Below are positions 55,501-61,500 of a stretch of DNA of 64,000 bases, in pieces. Every line of letters starts with the position of its first letter. Position 1 is the stretch's first letter. The stretch is taken from the NCBI GenBank assembly GCA_963924565.1, contig OZ004607.1:27962001-28026000 (forward strand), in the 5' to 3' direction. The notes under the pieces are model-generated. The model searched no databases and was not told the DNA's origin. It worked only from the letters and a program-made list of their open reading frames with translations. The position numbers and the translations under genes were made by a program. This DNA comes from Ascidiella aspersa (taxonomy: Eukaryota).

Positions 55501-58500
55501 GCCAAGGGCATCATCGCAGTATTCTACAATGTTATTTACAGTTTAAAGGTAAATTGCTTACATGGTTAAATTTGAAAAGATGCAGCTGTATGTGATTCAA
55601 CTACTACCTGTCTTAGCACAATTCCAAGTACAGCACACTTAAATTGTTTAACCATGTAAACAAGGTTCGGATTTATGTCTGTCTATTTCAGCCTTTCTTA
55701 ACCTGGGGTAAATTTTTCCTCACGAGGTAAATATCCTCGTTTTAGGGGCTAAATGAGCCATCATTCAAAATATCCACATCGGCTGACGGGAATCATTTTC
55801 GTTGTGCATTATCTACTACTCTACCAGACATTGAACAACTCATTGCCAAAAATCAAGGGCAGCCGTCACATTGCATATAACTGATGGAATCTGTTTTTTA
55901 ATACTTTAACACCATTTTATATTTTGGGGGTAAATTTGATATTAATCTTTGTTAAAAGAGAAAAACATGCAAAAAAGGTTAAGAACCACTGGACTATTTA
56001 GATACAAACATTTACAAGAAAATGTTGATATATAACCCAATGTAAAATGATATACTGCGCAGCCAAAAAAATGGTTGCTTACTTGCGGTTGTGCTGCTTT
56101 GCGGCGCCTTGGTCGTGGTTTCAGCAACCTCGCCGGTTGTAGTTTGTGGTTCAGTCGCGACGGTTGTGGTAGTTTGTGGTTGAGTTGCGGCAGTTGTGGT
56201 TGTTTCTTCGGTTTTGCCGCAACCGTGGACCTCGATGCGGAGGCTGATCTTTTGATCCTGAGGAACAACGGGGAAGACGCGAATCCTCTTCACAAGGATT
56301 GGAGCGGGTAAGCGGTGCTTGACAATCGTGTGGTCGTCACTGTTGCCTGTATGAGTTTTGTATGTATTAAAACGTTTAAAGTTTCAGGTTTTTGCCTTAA
56401 AAATTATTGTGACTTTACGAATAAACCAGGTGCGACAGAAAAATTTTGAAAAAGAGTACTCTATTTTTGTAATATTGGGATAATTTTTTCAAGACAACAA
56501 TTGTTTGTTAATAACGTTATTTGTAAAACAATTACCAGGCTTGTTCTTCTGGCGAGAAGCCTTTAAATACTAGATCCGGTGTTTTGAAAGTTCACAACTC
56601 GTTTTATAGTTCACATGAAAAGTTTCAAGTGATGATTTACCTTCAAATATGACAGGTTCAACAACAACAGCTCCATCCACTTCACGCGATTCCTCCACCA
56701 TCTTGACTCCATCCTTGTCGGCGAATTCCAACTTGAAGCTGCCAACGAAACCTCCGTCCTCGCCTCCCTGGGTGGACACAGCAGTAATCTCGGTCATCTC
56801 CAAGAAAGACACTTCCAAATAAGGAGCGTCGTCTCCCTCCTTGGGCGACCACGATAGCGGTGTGACGTCATCGGCAGTGGGTTGAGAACGTACTCGGCCG
56901 TACTCAGAATTCCTCTCAGGTGAGGAAGACGAAGCCCAGATTAATTTGTCTTCGATAGCTCCGGATTCCATACCGAGAGCATTGACACAGAGACCTGATG
57001 TAAAACAATTTTGTTCAGATCCTATCATAAATTTTCTAAAAACACAAAACTAAAGAATATATAGTTGCCAACTTAACAAAAAACAAAAACGACTACTTCT
57101 TACCTTGAGTGGTAACCTCAGTAGAAGACGAAACTGTTGTCGTAACAAAAACTGTCTTTTCGGTGGTCGAAACCTCTACTATGCCACTAGTGGTGGTTTC
57201 TGCAACAGCGCCGCTGGTGGTAGTTTGGATATCTGCGCCACTGGTGGTCGTTTCAGAAACTGGAAGCGTTGTGGTAGCCACTGCCTTTTCACAAGAGCAA
57301 CATCTAAGGAAACAAAATGCAATTTGTATAAGTAATGTATGGCTCCGGTAACGGCTAATAAAATATCGTACATATGAATTGTTCAAACATTTTTTTAGAG
57401 AACCGTCTGAAATGAGCTAAACAAAACACCCGAATTATTTGGGAAAATATCTTTAGTGCAATTCAACGATAAACACCCATTTGTTAGACAATTGTTGCAA
57501 AATAAAATTGTTATTCGTTGAGTTAAAATTTATCGTTATCAGAACAAATAATGGATCCTATATTTTTCAAGGTATAGTGTACATTTCCCATTGGGATGAC
57601 ATCAACTTGCAAAATATACATTTTTAAAGAAAAATATAATGTGCTGTCTCTTATTTTATGGATTTTGATTATGGCATTTCACTGTTACAGACAAAGGTTT
57701 AATGTGCTGCCTATCAGTTCGAATTACATTGTTTTCGTAATGCATTGTTATTATTGGTAAACATTTACTATGAATGCACCTAAAATTGACGAATTAATAA
57801 CGTGAAGAAAGTTAACAAACCTCAAAAGCCGTAATTCGAAATTATTTCGATTTAAAATGGAGAACTTTTTTAAGGGAGCGTATACCTATCATCATCGTAG
57901 TTCTGCAGATAGTAACCAGCTTGACATCGGATGGTACAAGCCTTCACGCACTCGGAACGTCCGTTCTCGCAGGTGCACCTCTCGCATTCGCTCACTGCCC
58001 AACTGTCTTCGTTCTTCAAAAGTAGCCAAAGGATGTGTTAAGAGTGTCACAAAAGTGCCTCGTTCGGATGCATTTTTGAGATTTGTTAATTTAAAATAAA
58101 ATCCCAATATGCGAGATGGATAATGTGGTCATTATCTAAGTCAAATTGATTCTGCAGAAGGAAACCTAGGGCCATTAGTAGGGATGTGAGATAATATCGG
58201 TTTGAAGCCGATACCAAGAGGTAGTATCAGTGCTCGCCCGACATCAAATTAATATTAGAATTAGGCATGATTTGCGACCGAACGCAGCGATACGGTAAAT
58301 CTAATCACCCGAAAAATATTACTTATAAACCTTTAAATTTTGTCTGTTTTGCTTGTTTAAGCATTGTAATGACGTCATTTGGTTTGGATCGGATCGCGAA
58401 ACTTTTGTTCAAGATATCGTGTATCGGTATTGCAATTAAATGTTAGGTATCGGACATTCCTATATTATTAGCAGTATACTCCGTGCCTAAAACTTATGGC

Positions 58501-61500
58501 ACAATTTATAAGTTAACAGTACTGTTCACAGAACGCAAACATCGACATGAACGAAGGACGCAAAAAAAGTAAAAAAACATCCGGCAGGTGTATGATGGCT
58601 TACCGGCACAATCTCTCCGTTATACAAGCACGGGCAGTTCTGTTCGTCGCTGCCGTCTGAGCAATGCTTTACACCGTCGCATAAGGTATCGTTCCTCACG
58701 CACTGATCGCACTGGTCGCATGCGAAGTAGCCGTCCTGGCACGCGCAAGACACCGGGGTGGTGCTTTCACTTACCGGGGCACTCTACAAAACAGAAAGCA
58801 GGTAGATTGCGGTTAAATCTTGTGACGTATAGGTAAGGCTGAGTGTTCCTAGTTGTTGCTTAGCGTGAGAATGAGTATGTGTCTTTCGTCTTTCATAACT
58901 GCATGCAGATGTCAACTTTTTCTTTTTGCTTTTTTGCTTTTTTGCTTTTTTTTACTTTTTTAGCAGTGTACTATCAAAATGGAAACATATACTTTTTCAG
59001 ATTGCTTATCGTAAGTGTAATATTAAGTGACATTAGGCTGTTATATCGAAAACGAAAAATTTCAGTATAAAACCCTATGCTCGCCCATAAAAAAGCAAAT
59101 ATATATGTTAGATATCTTATAAAAGTATGTTGGATATCTTAGACAATAGTATTTTGCTGTGTGTTGCTGTGAATCCCGTTATATTGTGCCGAGATTGCGA
59201 AACCTTTATTTGAGACCTGAAGTTCATCGTGTTTCGGTAACCTACAGCTTTAAATTTAGCTTCATGTGTTTTAAACTCCTTACAAAGGAACGTTTTTAAT
59301 AAACTTATTGGTATCCTATTTTACCGTGGTTGTTTGGGCGGCAGATGCAGTTGTAGTCGTCGATTCTGGTGTCGTGGTAACTGGAACAGTGGTGGTTACT
59401 TCTACAATATAAACACTTCGACTAAAATCCTAATTCTAGCAGTTCATAAACTAAAAACTGCCTGTCGTGTAGCACCATATAAACAAGAACATTAAGTTAA
59501 AAGCAAATATAATTTCTAATGGATCTAAAGGACCAGATTAAAACATGTCTAAAACAAAAAAAATACAGAATACTAGACAGAAATAAACTCAATGCTGTAG
59601 TAAGTGTAGCGAATGAAAGAAACAACTATCATGAATGTAAGCTATTTCTGAAGCAAGTACACCGCTCAGGAATAAAAACACCGCACATAAAGTAGGTCAC
59701 TACTTTACTGTAGAGGAGAAATAAAATAAAAATTGTATGGCGTCCGACATTCAAGAACAAAACCGAAAATGATTTTATTGGACATTTTTTTAAAAACAAT
59801 AAAACAGCTCCAAAGCAGTGCAGTAATCGGCGTATTTTTCACAAAAAATGAAATAGTTGTTTACTCTCAATGCAGTTATCAGCGGTTTCGAGGAAAATTA
59901 TGAACAGTACTCACGTTGTCTGCAGACGCAGCAGCCCTCCTCGTCGCTGGACATTGTCATGCCCTTGTCGCAAGCGGCGATGGTGCAGTAAGGAGCGCAC
60001 ATCAGCTGGGAATTGATGCACTCGCATCGAAGGCAAGTTCCCACCTCGATCATCTCACCAGCGGGCACAGCAACGCCTTGGTGTAAAATTAAGATATAAT
60101 GTATTTGTATTTGCCTTTTGTTTAAGTGAAGAAATCCTAATAGAGCTCTCGTTACGCAAGGTACATTTAAATTTATGGTAAGATTTCCGAAAGTTTACAT
60201 CGCGAAAGCTCTGAGTTACGTTTTATTTTCTAAAAGCAAATTTCTAACTCAATTAAAAAAAGGAAACATAGAACAATAAGAAAATACATTTTTACATTTT
60301 GTTTTTTAATCTAGCAAATTCAGCTTTTTACAGGTTAACCTAATGGAAATAATTAAGTAGGTATCCTATATGCACGGATCTGTAATGTAGCTTAAAATGA
60401 ATTGCTAATTCAAAAGGTCGAGTAATGTGTTAACTGAAGATGATACAAGTTCGTATCCAAATGTCCTAATTAAGATGATGTCGATCCTCTCGACCTTTTT
60501 TTCAATTTAAAAGTGTAATCATTTCCACAGTACGCAGTGTTCTCAAAAGCATGATGCAAAAACAGCTACTTATCCTAATGGTAAAGCCGTATGTAACTTT
60601 GCGCCAAAATAACAATTCACACCAACCGTTTTCCGTCACGCACGGACAAGATTCCACAGGGATGCACTTGTTAGTAACGTCATCGCGAGCCTCGCCCTCC
60701 TTGCAAGAACAACATTTGCCGCTTTCGTCATGAGCCGGCGACGTCTGGCACGTCATGTTGCGTCGGAGGTCGTCGCAAGTGGGCGTGCAAGTGCAGATGC
60801 CGTACTCTTCAGCTGAGAGAGTAACATATTAGATAACGTGTAACAAGGATCCATTGATGAAAGTCAATAGTTACTGAAAGGAGTTAAAATTCCCTCGTTC
60901 AAAAAAACATAGCTTATAGATGTTTTAGCAGCAAGCTAGCGACCGATTTATATATCAAAAGGCATACGTTATTTTAAGTTATTTAAAATATTTAATTGAT
61001 ATTAATCAAATCGTTTTTTTTTTTACTTTTTGCATTAATTATTATTCATACGAGCATTTTCGAACTGTTTCAACTTTCAACACTGTAATATTGTAGCTTA
61101 TGTGTTGGGGATCAATAGATTGTTCCGCATAATCTCATAGTAGTTTAAAAATGGCAATTTATTGGTTAGAGAAAATACAAACCTTTGAGAATTAAAGGTA
61201 GTAATACCTTTCCTATTCAATAAACCGTAATATATTTTACTAAACACTAATATTGTCAAAGGGCCGCCATCAACTTGCACCCCCAAACCAGGGCATTGTT
61301 TTTTTATTTTTAGGTACACAGAGAAAAACTCGGTTATGCATGCGTGGTGTTCTTCCATGAATCCATCAAATTCACACAAATGAAAACAATTGATACATGA
61401 TCTGTAAGTTATCCTGAATACAAACAAAAAAATCCTCTATGACAAAAACCTTAAAAACGAACAAGACCTACTCTCGTCGCAGAGCGGCGCAGTGCTGCTG

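Noticed and set aside
58179-58462. TAGGGATGT...ACATTCCTA element
   Set aside because: Short TIR-like ends without a matching TSD; too weak to call
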